The notes under the pieces are model-generated. The model had not been told where the DNA came from. It searched no databases and saw only the letters and a program-made list of their open reading frames with translations. A DNA stretch of 64,000 bases from the human T2T-CHM13v2.0 reference genome, Homo sapiens, in assembly GCF_009914755.1 (NCBI RefSeq), contig NC_060936.1; one strand, given 5' to 3'. Position numbers and translations under genes: made by a program. Positions 31,051 through 45,306 of this stretch are shown one piece after another; the stretch's first letter is position 1; each line of letters begins with the position of its first letter.

Positions 31051-32497
31051 ATTCCTCTTTCACCTTGAGTTATTCCAAAAATTATTCCTTTTTCACCTAT
31101 ATCTTGAGTCATCCCAAGTCTTTCAGGCAGCACAGGAGCTCAAGGGGACAAGATAACAAAGGATTCCGGGAAAGATTGTAAAGGGTGAATGGGGTGGGAA
31201 AATGATTTTCAGGACAAGGGAGACTACTGAAACTCTTGCACTTGACAAATCAGTCTGGCCTGTTTAATTATCCTCTGTTAGAAATATTTATGCAAGGAAG
31301 GAAAATGATGACATTCCAACTCCTTCAAGAGAATGTAAACAAAAACCAGGGGATTCCTCAAAGCTTGCTCCCACCCAGCACTTCCTGGGCAGCTCTGTCT
31401 TCAGGTCTCCGCGGTGTTTACTGCAGTCATTACAAAAGGAAAAGGAAAGATTGAGAGAAGATTCCTTGCAAAGCACATGATGGATTTAAAACAACGCAAC
31501 CTCAACTCATTAGTAATCACAGTATAAATGAGTGGAGTTGCAGTAGGGGAGAGGGACTCACAAAAATAGTTTAATCATTAGCAATCTGTTTACATACAAA
31601 CAACTGCCAAATCTTGAGTAAGTACATAGACATTCTCGTTATTTCCCAGTAACTTAATTTTGGACAGCCACTGACCATGAAATGATAAAAATGTAAATGA
31701 AACCACATTTTAAATGAACTAGGAAAGTTCTCTATTTAAAACCTCAGTCACAGTCTCTAAAATGTAACCTGGCAGGTTAGTATTTCTCATACATTGACAA
31801 ATGGCCAATCTGGCTGGGGTCTGGGTTTACACAATATGGGAGAGGAGTGAAGAATAAGGAGGAAAGTGGCAGGATTATGGAAAGCCCTGAATGCTAAGAC
31901 ATTTGGACTCTATGTGTGTACGCAATGGATATGAAGTGAATTTCTTAGCTGTCCCTAAATTTATAGGAAGGGTCGAAGAAGAGCAGATGTTGGATTTGGA
32001 AGAGCAAAATAATGCACTGTGATAGAAGCAATGAAATAAAGAGCTTCAAAATCAGAAGGAGATCAACAGTGTCATATTCTTCACTGCAGAGAAACTAAGG
32101 GAGTAAAAGCTGGCAGAGCAGTGAATGCACTAGACAGCTGTGTGAACAGGTGCAAAGGAGAAGCACCAGGCGCTAACCATTCTTCTTGCCAATTTGATCA
32201 AAAGCAAAGAGTGAAGACAACAACTGGAGGGAGCGCCTCAACTGAGAAAGATTCCCTAGGGGGATCTGGGGCATGCTGAAGTTGTGGACTGGAGAGAATT
32301 TGAAGACCTAAGAGAGAGCCTGTGGTAATAGAAGAGGAGAGAAATAGAATCAGGAACACATGTGGATTCTACATTAATGACCACTAATGGCTAAAACACA
32401 GCACCAAATGTTCAAAAGGATATGGAGCAAATGAATCTTTCCCCATTGCTGATGGAGTGAAAAATGGCACAATTATTTTGGAGAACTGTTTGTCAGT

Positions 32498-32863
32498 TGA
32501 TATGGTTTGGCTGTGTCCCCACCCAAATCTCATCTTGAATTGCAGCTCCCATAATCCCCACATGTTGTGAGAGGGACCCGGTGGGAAGTAATTGGATCAT
32601 GGGGGCAGGTTTTCCCCATGTTGTTGCCCTGATAGTGAATAAGTCTCATGGAGATCTGATGGTTTTATAAAGTACAGTTCCCCTGCACACACTCTCTTGC
32701 CTGCTGCCATGTAAGATGTGTTTTTGCTCCTGCTTCACCTTGCACCATAATGGTGAGGCCTCCCCAACCATGTGAAACTGTGAATCCATTAAACCTCTTT
32801 TTCTTCATAAATTACCCAGTCTCAGGTATGTCTTTATTAGCAATATGAGAACAGACTAATACA
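32498..32863 (+). mobile_element. ERVL-MaLR solo LTR (THE1/MST-like)
   Basis: TGATATGGTTTGGCTGTGTCCCCACCCAAATCTC...GACTAATACA; interrupts an old L1. Confidence 0.92.
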
Positions 32864-32905
32864 GTAATTTCTGAAAACATTAAAGAAACACCCAAATTCT
32901 ACACC

Positions 32906-33195
32906 TATATTTATATATTTATATATTACATATAAATATATAAGTATATAATATATATATTCTATATTACATATAAATAATATATAATATATAAATATAT
33001 AAATTATATAAAATTAATATACAATATATAAATATTAATATATTTATTTACATATTATATAATATGTAAATAATATATAATATGTATAACATATTTAAAT
33101 AAATTAAATATATAAATTAAATTAAATATATAAATTATATATTATATATTATATGTTATATATTTATATATTATTTATATAAATAAATATATATT
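32906..33195. repeat. AT-rich (TA)n-derived low-complexity tract
   Basis: About 290 bp almost entirely A/T. Confidence 0.92.
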
Positions 33196-33690
33196 TACCC
33201 AAGAAAAATGAACATACAAAGATTGGGAAGTGAATATTCACAACAGCTTTATTCGTAATAACCCATACCTGTAAACAAACAAGTATCCACCCACAGTAAA
33301 TGGATAAACAAATTATCTAAGATTAATTTCAATAGAATACTACTCAGCAATAAAAAGTAATATGTAACAACATGGATAAGACTAGAAAATTGTGCTAAAT
33401 GAAAATATCCAGATGCCAAAAATACATACCAAATTATCACTTTAAAATAAAGTTCTAGGCCAAACTAACTTATCGTAAAAAAAATAAAATCAGAACAGTG
33501 ATTGCCTCAGGGGAGGTGGAAACTTACTGGAAGGAGGTATGGAAGGTCTTTCTGGGGTGATGGAAATTGTCTACGTTATTTTGGGAATAATTATAAGAGC
33601 ACATAAAATTGTCAAAACTCATTGCACTGAAGACTTAAGATTTGTGCATTTTAATACATGTTAGTTATGCCTCAATTTAAAAAAAAACAC
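33196..33690 (+). mobile_element. L1ME-like 3' end
   Basis: ttgtcaaaactcattgcactgaagacttaagatttgtgcattttaatacatgttagttatgcctcaatttaaaaaa. Confidence 0.8.
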
Positions 33691-35019
33691 ACAAACACAG
33701 GTATAAACACTAGCCTCATGAAGGAGGCAAGATATTAATAAGGCTTTCTTCTATGGGAGAGCAAAGCAAGCAGGAGTCTACGAACATGCAGGAAATTTTG
33801 AGATAGAAAGAAAGGAAACTGTAATATTTCACCTTGAATGACCTGAATATTCTAAGTAAAAGTAAGGGATGAGGTTGTCTTCTGGGTGTGTGTACAGGGC
33901 ACTGAGGAGGGGAACAGAGGATGTATGCATTAGGGAAACAGGAGATAACATAAAAGACCATAAGGAATGAATTTTCAACAGCTCTTACCCCTAATCATGG
34001 TTTTGTTTTCCATGTAGGGATCCCATTCAACTCAGATTTGTATTTTTTTCCTCTATCATTTGATAGATTGGATGACAGTCTAGAGTCCTACATTCTCTAC
34101 AGGAGTGAAAATTGTTTCTTGGGGTGGGGATGATGGTGGTGAAAAATAATCATAGACATTACAATGGTTTTGGGTCTTTCCAAGCTCAATCCTATGTAAC
34201 AAATCTTATTCTTGAGTGTTTAATTGGGGAGAAAGCTGATAAGAAAAAATATCTAAAAAAGCTCCTTAAAAGAGGTGAGTATGATAATGAAAAAAAAAAT
34301 TGAGAAATATTGGTCTAGGGAAAGCAAAATACAGGTAGTGAAGTAACTTGGGTTGGCCTTGTCAGGCAGGTAAATGTTGGTAAAAGTGTGAAAGAGTCTA
34401 AGTTGATGTCATGTGCATTACTGAAATACATCAGATAAATTAGAGATAGGGTTATAAATTATGAATGCAAAAATCAGGGAGAAGAGAGGTTCTAACAGTG
34501 ATCAAGTGCAGGGCCGGCAGGAAAGAGGGAGCAGGAGAATAGCACCTGTCACGGAAGCTATGCTGATGCTTAGGTCTTAATAGAAGGCAACTGAGCAGAC
34601 AGAGGAGCGAGGAGGTGGCAGGTCATAATCATGATCCCTTTAAAGTGTCAGCGGGAATGAGAGAGTGGGGAAAAGGGAAGGGAGGACAGAGGTAAGAGTT
34701 TAAGCTCAAAGAGGAGCATTTCGGAGTTCAAATGCTAGAGAATGACAAAGTCTGCATAATTAAAAAGCCAGTGGCCAGGCCATGTTGGTAAATGCTAAGG
34801 TAGAGCATAAATGGGGGGCCCTGAAGGGACAGAAGCACAGGAACTGGGTGATGGATCTTCTTGCTGAAGAGCGCAGCATAGTTTGGTGAGCAATGGAGAG
34901 TCACTGCCCTGGTGCTCAAGTCCCTGAGGATGATGGAAGAAGGTACAAGAAGTTGTGAAATGGCAGGGATGAGGATGGTGTTATGAGATGCTGGACTGGG
35001 CTTTAAAAGAGCAGGGAGA

Positions 35020-35078
35020 TTGCATCACTGCACTCCAGCCTGGGGGAGAGAGTGGGACTCCATCTCAAAAAAAAAAAA
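35020..35078 (+). mobile_element. Severely 5'-truncated Alu
   Basis: 47 bp of Alu 3' end plus A tail; 15-bp TSD aaaagagcagggaga. Confidence 0.9.
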
Positions 35079-36267
35079 AAAAGAGCAGGGAGACAGAGCT
35101 AGAGAGAAACAAACATGATTTGGACAAAGATGAAGGGGAGCAAGTGTAATGGGATTGGGACTAGAAGTAACTAAAGGTGGAGGGAACAGGTCACTACCAC
35201 AGGGGTGCAGAGTGGGGGATAGAATTTCATGCTAAGAGGAGGATGCAGAAAATGCTCATCTGAAGCTGGTATACTAATGTGGTAGTAAGGGTGTTAAAAA
35301 GTTTTCTTTATCCATGTGGCTGGCATTGTCTACTCTCCGGGGCTTCAGTTAAAAGGTAGAGAAAAACTACTATCTTGAATGTATCAACTTCCTTTTTATG
35401 AAATAAAAGTTTGTGTGGCTAGTGCCAAAGGTATTAGGAAACATATCCCTAGCACTTAAAAGATAATGGTTACCCTTATTTCTGCCTCCTAATATTTTTT
35501 AGATATTCAATTTTCTAAAGGATCAGACTAAAGTAAATCAAATATATCCTGTTATCAAATTCATCTGCTATATAGTTCAATTATTGGACATTCCATTACA
35601 TTTTCCCCTGAGTTTTGATTATAAGATTTATTGTAATACCTACCTAACACTCATATTCTATTATGTGAACAAAAGGTAGTTTTGGCAATAAGGGAGGTAT
35701 GACATGGTTCTTCAAGAAGTTCTTTTTATATTCCATTTCAGTAATAAACACCAACAGCTATTTTAACAGAGCATTCACAGAAATATTTTTCCCATATCCT
35801 GAATTTAAATATTCTATTATATTCTATTGAGCCATCAGGGACTTCCGCTCTGTTCATCCATAAAAAGTTCATGCTAATCTTGCCTATTTTCTTTCTTCTT
35901 TTTTTTTTTTTTTTGACATTTTAAATTCTAACCAAAGCCAACAAGAATTAATATAAATTAAGAATGCTGGCATGGAAAGCTGCTTCTTATCAACCTCTCA
36001 CACTGTAAATGTGCTGCACAGCATCATGACATATTAGCTGCAAAGTCCAGTGAAATGGTCATAAAAGGGGCCAGATATATTTGGATAACACTCAGTGAAG
36101 TCTGCTGCTATGAATGGGTCTGAAGCCGTCTGTCATATAATTCCAAGAATTCAAATGAGTTGCTATAAGATTGCCTTGGATGCTCTGATAGAGTCACGTC
36201 TTATTTAGAGCTTCTGGCCTGGACAAAGACTCATATTTCTTTCGAAGTCAAGGTTATTAATAAACAT

Positions 36268-36603
36268 CTGTGTTGTACAATATAGTAGCCACAAATTACA
36301 TGTGGCTACTGAACACTTGAAATATGGCTGTCCTGAGATGTGCTGTAAGTGTAAAGCACACATTGCATTCCAAATATTTCATTTAAAAAAAAAAGAATGC
36401 ACACCATCTCAGTAATATTTTCAATTTCTTACATTAAATTTTAAAAATTATGTTTTAATATTAATCACATGCTAAAATAATTTGAATACATTAGGGTTAA
36501 ATAAATATTATTAAAAATAATTTCACTTTTTAAAATGTTTTAAAATCTGGCTACCTAAAAAAATGTAAATTACATGTATGGCTCTCATTTCTACTGGGCA
36601 GTG
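36268..36603. mobile_element. MER33-like hAT element
   Basis: caatatagtagccacaaattacatgtggctactgaacacttgaaatatggct. Confidence 0.75.
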
Positions 36604-38697
36604 ATGCTGCAGGCTGTAGCCCAGTTTTCAGGTGGGCCACAAGGAGGCAGTAGAGTGCGGTGGTTAGGGGCAGAAGGGCTAGAGCAGGTCTAGGTTCCAT
36701 TCTGTGTCTTCTATTTCCTTACTAAAGGACTTTGGCATGTTACTTATTTTCTCCAAATCTTAGTTTCCTTATTAATCAAATAGGAATAATGATAGTGCTT
36801 CCTCTCAGGGATTATCAAATATAAACTGTTCACATCTAAAGAGATAACTTGGATTCTCAGAATGAGCATTAAGTTCCAGGTTATAAAGAAGGATACAATT
36901 TTTTAAAGTTAACTCAATAACTCAAAAGTTAACTCAATGGAGAAATCAATATTGTGTACATCTTAAAGTGAATAAATAGTAAAACAGATTAAGTCAAATC
37001 AAATTGAAAGTGTTTTTATCCTCTTCTTGCCTTTGACCCATTGCTATGGCTCAGAAATGTATTAAGGTAAGCAGAAATAAAGCTCAGTTATCTAAGTGCT
37101 ATTTTCTGGGTCATCTCTCTCTGTTACTTAGCAACATAACTTCAGGGTGATGGAAATCAAATTTGCTGTTTCTTTAAGAGAGATGCAGGGTGGTCCTTTC
37201 TCCCAAAAGGCAATTGCATGCCATTAAACAGTCTAATATTATGTAATGTTTGGATTGGAAAGCTATTTGGGCACGTGGGTAATGGAAAGTGAACAGGAAA
37301 AGGAGTTCAAGGGTAGGGATTCAATCCTGGCTCTGCCATGGCCTGAGCCAAGGTCACATAAAACCTCTGAACTTTGGTTTCCTCACCGGTAAAATGGGGA
37401 TGAGGAAGGCAATATATCTCCTAATAGATCGTTTTAAAGATTAAATAATGAATATTAAAAGAAACTTATCTGTAAACTGGAAAGCTTTTCAGAGTTAGCT
37501 CTTATCATTATTTTAATCTACTGAATTCTATGACTGACCTATGCTGAGATACAGCCACTTGGCTCTATGGTGTAACAGGCAAGAGGAGGTAAACAAGGAT
37601 AACTTGTTTGGACCTCTGTTAACTTCTTAGGAGCTTGTTTTCTCTTCTTTCCTATTCACTGTAAAGACTCATTGTAAGGGCATCATGAAAAAAAAGGCAC
37701 TCAGGAAACAGTAAAGTCTTATACAAATGTAAAGCATTGTTGTTGATTTGGATCATCATCAAGAATTGATTTTTACTGAAAAAGAGAAGGGGTAAAAAAT
37801 CCTGTGTTGGTTACCCAATAACTCCTCTTACTGTGAAAAGTAGCCATTGCCAAGTTCCAAAATGCATTTTTAACTCACATGTACTAATTTAAGATGTTAG
37901 CAGTGATAAGATGAAAATTGAAAAAGGAAAGTTAGAGCATCCATCTTTTGCTCAGGTCTTAGCAAAATGAAACTTATAAGAATATCTGCCATTATTTTCA
38001 ATTAGAGCCAAATTCAGCACCATATTATGATCATAACTGTAGAATAGCATTCCTAACAAGAAACGCCATTTTGTAGCCAAGTCTTTATATTTGGCTTCTA
38101 TGGGTAAAATACTCATCTATATGATTTTTGAATGTAGCGCTATATAATCCAGGTACCCCAAAAGACATTTACAGGATTTTATATAACCAGTACGTTATTT
38201 GGGCTCTTAAGGAGGACATATACAGATGCAACAATGACTTATTAAAACACAAATCCTTAGAACTTCACATAAAGAAATACGTGCTCATAAAAGTAGCAGA
38301 GTGAAATAACAACATGATAATGATCTGTATCTAGCTATCTACAATAAGTAGATCTAATTTTTGTCACACTGTTTGATTTGCTATTTTTAAAAAGAGCCTC
38401 TTAGAACTAAAATATTTTTTCCACCACAGCTGTACACTTGTCTTCATTATCAGTTGTTTTTCCTTTCTTGTTTTTTTTTTAATACACAATTAGTTTTAAT
38501 ATCACTGTTAGTAGGGATTTGGGCATGGAAAAGGACTGTTGAATGTTCTTACTTTTAGCAAGACGTTAGCGAGTCTTTAGCAAGACTAAAAGTAAGAAAA
38601 AGCAGAGCAGTGTATTAAGGTGGGTCAAAGAAAATTACAAATTGTAGACTTAACGATAATTAAAACCTATATTGTGCTATACATATGCAAAGAAGCA

Positions 38698-38985
38698 GGC
38701 CAGACACAGTGTCTCATGCCTATAATCCCGGTACTTTGGGAGGCTGAGGCAGATGGATTGTTTTAGCCCAGGAGTTTGAGACCGGCCTGGGTGACATGGC
38801 AAAACCCCACTTCTACAAAAAATACAAAAAGCTTAGCCAGCCATGGGGGGGCATGCCTATAGTCCCACCTACTTGAGTCTGGGAGGCAGAGGTTGCAGCG
38901 AGCCATAATAACACCACTGAACTCTAGCCTGGGTGAATGAGCAAGACTCTGTCTCAAATATATACATGAAATAAAATATACATAT
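38698..38985 (+). mobile_element. AluJ with internal deletion
   Basis: Dimer; TSD aaagaagca. Confidence 0.9.
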
Positions 38986-39245
38986 AAAGAAGCACACCGA
39001 ATGTGTTTTATTTTCTAGTCTATATTCTCCTCAGTCTTTCAGAGGCTCCTCTTATCCCATATAGGACCAATTTATTAGTCATACAGAAAGGAATCCAATG
39101 TAAGACCTATGTTTCAGTATACTAGGATCCAAATGTTGCCAATTTATCAGCTCTAAAATTTATTCAAGAAAAATTTTACATCAATTGATTTTATATTTCA
39201 CTGCTTCACAATCTATAAAGGGTTTAGGATTCAGTTCCAACATCC

Positions 39246-39417
39246 TTTTTTTTTTTTTTTTTTTTTTTGAGACAGAGTCTCACTCTGTCACCCAGGCTAG
39301 AGTACAGTGGCATGATCTCAGCTCACTGCAACCTCTGCATCTCAGGCCCAAGTGATTCTTGTGCCTCAGCCTCCAAAGCAGCCAGGATTACAGGCACAAG
39401 TCACCAGGCCCGGTAAT
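39246..39417 (-). mobile_element. AluJ right arm
   Basis: Poly(T), right monomer and linker; left arm absent. Confidence 0.88.
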
Positions 39418-40056
39418 TTTTTTTTATTTTTTATTTATTTATTTTTTTAAAATTATACTTAAGTTCTGGGATACTTGTGCAGAACATGCAGGTTTGTTAC
39501 ATAGTTATACATGTGTCATGGTGGTTTGCTGCACCCATCAACCCGTCATCTACATTAGGTATTTCTCCTAATGCTATCCCTCCTCTTGCCCCCTACCCCC
39601 CGACAGGCCCCAGTGTGTGATGTTCCCCTCCCTGTGTCCATGTGTTCTCATTGTTCAACTCCCAATTATGAGTGAGAACGTGTGGTGTTTGGTTTTCTGT
39701 TCCTGTGTTAGTTTGCTGAGAATGATGGTTTCCAGCTTCATCCATGTCCCTGCAAAGGACATGAACTCATCCTTTTTTATGGCTGCATAGTATTCCATGG
39801 TGTATATGTGCCACATTTTCTTTATCCAGTCTATCACTGATGGGCATTTGGGTTGGTTCCAAGTCTTTGCTATTGTGAATAGTGCTGCAATAAACATATG
39901 TGTGCATGTGTCTTTACAGTAGAATGATTTGTAATCCTTTGGGTATATACCCAGTAATGGGATTGCTGGGTCAAATGGTATTTCTGGTTCCAGATCCTTG
40001 AGGAATCACCACACTGTCTTCCACAATGGTTGAACTAACTTACACTCCCACAACAG
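39418..40056 (-). mobile_element. L1PA (about PA7/8) 3' end, 5'-truncated
   Basis: L1 3' UTR plus ORF2 C-terminus (ORF 39655..39897 MFIAALFTIAKTWNQPKCP...). Confidence 0.93.
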
Positions 40057-40506
40057 CAACCATGTGGATTGTCAGCATTCTGACAAGCACAGATAAACAT
40101 ATTATTACGCTCCAATTCTGGTCATTTTTACCTTTTAAATTTCCATTTCTGATATTTGTTAACCTTTTTTTTTTAAGTTTAGAAGCTAAATTCCATAACT
40201 ACCACCACCGTTACTACTATCATTGTCTGGACCATCACCAACATGCTTAGACTATATTAATAAACACATAAGATGCAAAAGCACCCTTTACTGTAGTCTT
40301 CAGTAACTTTAATCACACTATCAACCTTTATCAGGGCAGCAAGTAAAAAGCTAACACTAGAGGTTATGTCTGAGAATTATTCCTAAGCACCAAAGTCATC
40401 ACTACTAATTCCGACTACTAATTCCAGCAAGCACCACTTTATTTCTCACCTACAACACAAACTGGGTAGAAGTATGGTTAACCATTTGTCTATACCTTCA
40501 GAGAAT

Positions 40507-40793
40507 GCTGCTTTTCCCAAAGTATATTATGGAATATTTGTCTTTGGAAATGCCTTCCCTCCACACACACACAAAGAAAAGACAAAAATGACTATCCCAC
40601 AGTCCCTTCTTGAAGATTCACAAAGAATATTAGCATATTAAAGCTTCTTGCCATAAATAAACAATCTGCTTAGCTCAGCATGTTCTCAATTTATCTGACC
40701 ATGTAACACTTTTCCATTCTTACTTCTTTAGAGACAATCTATGAAAATCTTCCAGAACTACTATTTCCAGAAAGACACTCTGGGAAATACAGC
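40507..40793. mobile_element. Old hAT-Charlie-type MITE
   Basis: TIR-like ends gctgcttttcccaaagt / actctgggaaatacagc; internal gattcacaaagaatattagcatattaaag. Confidence 0.6.
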
Positions 40794-40968
40794 TTTTGAC
40801 TGATAAGGAAAAGAAATTGAGATGCATGTTACACCCTCCCAAAGTCTGAAAACCCTAATTATTCAGCTCCAGAGAGAGGCAAGTGCAGCACAATCAAATG
40901 AGTGTTGAGAAGGAAAGAGTTTCTTGGAATCGCAAGGCCACCTGATCGATGGTAAACGTCCCACTTAC

Positions 40969-41112
40969 TTGAGGAGATTCCCCAGATTGAAAAGAGCCCG
41001 GTTATGCTGTGGATGGAGCTGGAGAGCCCTCTGATAGTACATCTTTGCCTCTGCTGTGTCTCTCGTCAGTGTTCCAAGGTTGTTGAGCGCACTTGCATGG
41101 CGTGGATACAAC
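40969..41112 (-). CDS. TMTC1: TMTC1 coding exon (probably exon 10), 144 nt, phase 2-2
   Basis: Acceptor cttttcag, donor CAA|gtaagt; (K)LYPRHASALNNLGTLTRDTAEAKMYYQRALQLHPQHNRALFNLGNLL(K), TPR. Confidence 0.96.
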
Positions 41113-41545
41113 CTGAAAAGTTAAAAATATTAAGCTGTGATGGTTCAAAAACTTCTAAGTTGGGCACAACTTGCTTGTTCTTCTTCCCCCAAGTATGAAC
41201 AGCCAAAATGAAACACTGAATTATTCTTGTACTTGAATGGTTTGTGTCCAATCTTACTGGTCAACGACTTTTGCAGCTGAAAGTATATAATTAGGGCAGG
41301 GATGCACATATTTATAATTAAACAATTCTTAAATAGTACAAGAATAAATAGTATGTGGATCTACCAGGGTTAAAGACATTTAATAAGATTACTTTCCACT
41401 TCTTGTGATAGAAAATCCTCCTTGCCTCAGGTGCTAAGTTTCTAGCCTGAGTTTGTGGCCTGGTGAGGCCTCTGACCAGCTGCCTGTGCAGGGTCCACTA
41501 TTTACACCAGATGCTGAGCGATCCTTTGAGGAGGAATCTTCATAA

Positions 41546-41861
<316 letters not shown>

Positions 41862-44588
41862 CATAAACATCTTTGGATTAGAGCATTGGTAAGACTGCAA
41901 TGACTGAGAAAGGATGATATATAATGTCACCCCATAAAAATAAACTTAATCTGCAAAATGCCTCCTCTTCTCTTTTTTTCCATTTTATCTCATTTCCCCC
42001 CTCCTACTGCAGTTTGGTTCCACCTGTCCTAGTACAGTCTCAGACAGAAAATACTAAGAACTTAGAACACTTAAAGACAAAAAAACCCAAAGGTACGATG
42101 AAGTCAAAAATAGCATTCCTAATGTTCAAAAGCAAATGTAAAAGAGGATGAGGTGGACATCAGTATATCAAATTTATACTGATTAAGGTAAGAAAGGAAC
42201 CAATTTATTTCCTAAACTCAAAACTATACAGAAGCCAAATCCACACAGCTCCATAATTTAATTGTTTTTGATATATTCAGAGTGGACATAGTTAGCAGTC
42301 TGGTAGGTTTGTTCCATCTCTGTCACCCAGAGTACTTTGAATAAGCCGGTAGAGCTGGCTTTTAATGTAGAAATGCCAAGATAACGCCCAAGTAATAAAA
42401 ACGGGATCTGTACTTGTCAAGCCCCTTGACCATAAAATGCCATGCTTGCCCCCTGTTCTGTACCTTCTAAGAAGATCAGTTTAATTCTGGGACAGAAGAG
42501 GTTCCTATTAAAAGGACAGGGAAGACAATTTGCACAGCTTTTTAATCTTTGCTCTACCCAGAGTCTCTTAAGTTTATTTGACCCTTCGCTACTCCCTTAC
42601 AGAACAGCTATAAACATCCCTCAGAACTAATATTTCCAGGAAGGCACTCTGTAATGTTCCTCTTGACTGACAAGGGCTAGAATCAATTCAAAGGAATATT
42701 ACATCCTCCCAAAGCCTGAAAGCCCTAATTATTCACAGAAGCTTTGGAGGCTGTTAGGAGAGAGATCTTTAGAGGAAGTCTGGCAGAAAGCACACTGAGC
42801 CAGCACACGCGCTGTTGTTTGCTTCTCTCTGATCGCTTTTAATTAGCATAGACAACTTAAGGGTCTCTGATACTGGCCCCATTACATCCAACTTCAGTTC
42901 CTGGGAGACAAGTGCTTGGTGCTCTCTCTGAGATGCCTTTAGAAGATATGAGGCTATGATGAGGGCAAAATATGTTTCTGTACCTGTCCCTTCACTCCAT
43001 GCCCAGGAAAGTGTCCCGCAAAGCTTGTGTCTAAGAATTACTTTGGAAGTGGTTGCAGAGCACATCACAGCCAGGACTCGAATTCTTCTAAAGAAGCTTT
43101 GGCTTTTGTTTGCTTTGTATGTTCAGCAAAGCACTGTAACCATCAGAAGATTTAAGGGTTGTCCCATGCACATGATGAAGCCAATTTCCATATTCCTTAT
43201 TTCCTTTACAACAAGCAGTAACAGAAAGCTTATCTGGGACATGTGTCTTCCTTTTTCGTAGAGGAGATAATTTCTTAAGACGTTCTCTTTTTCTTATTTA
43301 TTTAAGGCTCTGAGCCCTTGAAATGAACTTCTGAGGTGAAAACACTAAAGGAAAGGACAGGCTAAATTCAATAAGACCTTCCACCATGGGCTCACCCATG
43401 TAAGGTGCCTGTTTGCTCTGTAAGCAGCCGGTCATCTCTGGCAAGTTTTAAGCCCAACTTCCTGAATTTTATATTCACTCATGACCCCACTGCCATGTAA
43501 ATGAACAGCCATGTATTTCAAAGGTCACTGACTACAGAAATGGCTTTCTCTTTCTCTTTTGTTTCCTTCAAATCAGAAACAGAATTCAAGTCCACCCTGA
43601 ACTCTTAAAAACAAAAGCGAATAGTAAGAAGAGAAGTAAAGAGAAACAGAAGCGCTATAAGAGAAAAGGCCTTTACTATGCCTTGTGCTCTAAGAACCAA
43701 CTTGGAGCTGCAGAAACGTGATGCTCAGGAGGAGGGACCAATTATAGTCCGGGAAGAGGCTCTATGTTGGCAAATATCCCCAACTCCTCAAGGAAGGAGA
43801 TTGCTGATATTTACAGGGACTCGCTGATTCTATAACCAAGCAAAGCCCTCCACCTGGAAAATGTGTAGCTATTGCTTATTCCCGGCAATACTAAGGACCT
43901 GCTAGCAATATCCTTTCTCTCTCTGGGTATCTGAGGAGGCTCACCTAATCACAAGCAAGCTTTGCATTATTTATGAAACCAAGCTGAATTTCATGAAAAG
44001 GATTCTTAACAACCAGGTCAGGAAAAATATCTAAAAAAAAGAAAAATACAGATGTAAATATTTTCTTAAAACACACACTGTACAGCAGACCTGTGCAAGG
44101 ACAAAATTTATTTTGTGTGTTTACTTTTTAAATAAATTTGCGTTTGAATTAGCTTGGGCCTAATTCAATCCTGATCTCTCCAGGAAAGGAATTTTCTATT
44201 GGAAAGATGAATAATGTAAGAGATGTCTCTGTTGCTACATCAATTGTCGGAATAAATTAAGTCCATCTTGACTTTGCCTTCTACAGGTATGTTTTACAAA
44301 TGTCCTGATAGTGGTTATTCCCTTCCCCGTCCAGAAAACCTCAACAAAAGATCTGCTGAACTGGAGCAGTGGTGATTTTTCAGGCCTGTTTGTAAGAGCA
44401 CTCACTGGATTTTCTTTCTCACAGTATTCTTCAACATTTGAATTGTTTATGAAGATTCTTTTGCTATTTATTATTATTTTGATGAATTTCATTTTTAAAA
44501 TTTATTATAGAGAAAATGAGTTATATTGTCCAATCATTCTGGGGTACAAATAAGCTTATTATTTCCTCATTAAAAAAGAAATGTATGG

Positions 44589-44745
44589 GGCCGGGTGAGG
44601 TGGCTCATGCCTGTAATCCCAGCACTTTGGGAGGTCAAGGCTGGCAGATCGCTTGAACTCGGCAGTTTGAGACCAGCCTGGACAACATGGCGAAACCCTG
44701 TCTCTACAAAAAAATAAAAATAAAGATTAAAAAAAATAACAAAAC
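44589..44745 (+). mobile_element. FLAM / Alu left monomer
   Basis: Left monomer followed by an A-rich tail. Confidence 0.85.
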
Positions 44746-45207
44746 ATACATATAGAGATGTGGTTCTATGAGCTGAAGAAAAATTTGTGTTCAAGTATTG
44801 GGTACTTTAGTTACTGGATAAACAATATCCATTTAAGCATTTTAGGGGTTCTTAATTTTTAGCTAGTGACATTTCCTTAAGTAGAATTAATAGAGTAGGC
44901 AGTCAAGGGCATCATTCCTCTCATCTTATCTCTGAAGAACGAATGTCAGCATGTTAATAGGAGAAAGTCCCTGGGAAGGAACACTTGTCTAAGCAAAAAA
45001 TAGAAGGCGGGAACAAAAGAAAATGAGTTCCAGAGGACCTAGGATGTGTAAATGGTACTTTACATTTTTAAAGTGCTGTCTCAGACATTGTCTCATTTAC
45101 CCTTCAAAACTGCTTAAGTAGAACTATTGTACTATTTATTTTACAGTTGAGGAAAGGGAAACTGGGAGAAATTAAGTAAATAATAGATTATAAAAAAAGA
45201 CATCTCA

Positions 45208-45306
45208 AGTCACTTGAGCCTAGGAGTTTGAGGCTGCAGGGCGCTATGATGGTATCATTGCACTCCAGCCCAGGAGACAGTGAAACCCCATCTTTTAAAG
45301 AAAAAA
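45208..45306 (+). mobile_element. 5'-truncated AluJ/FRAM
   Basis: 16-bp TSD aaaaaaagacatctca (45192-45207, 45307-45322). Confidence 0.85.

Noticed and set aside
32493-32868. TSD for the THE1/MST LTR
   Set aside because: The flanks tcagt and gtaat do not match well enough to claim
39655-39897. L1 ORF2 C-terminal ORF (also 59847-60599)
   Set aside because: Truncated L1 fossils with no promoter, ORF1 or full RT
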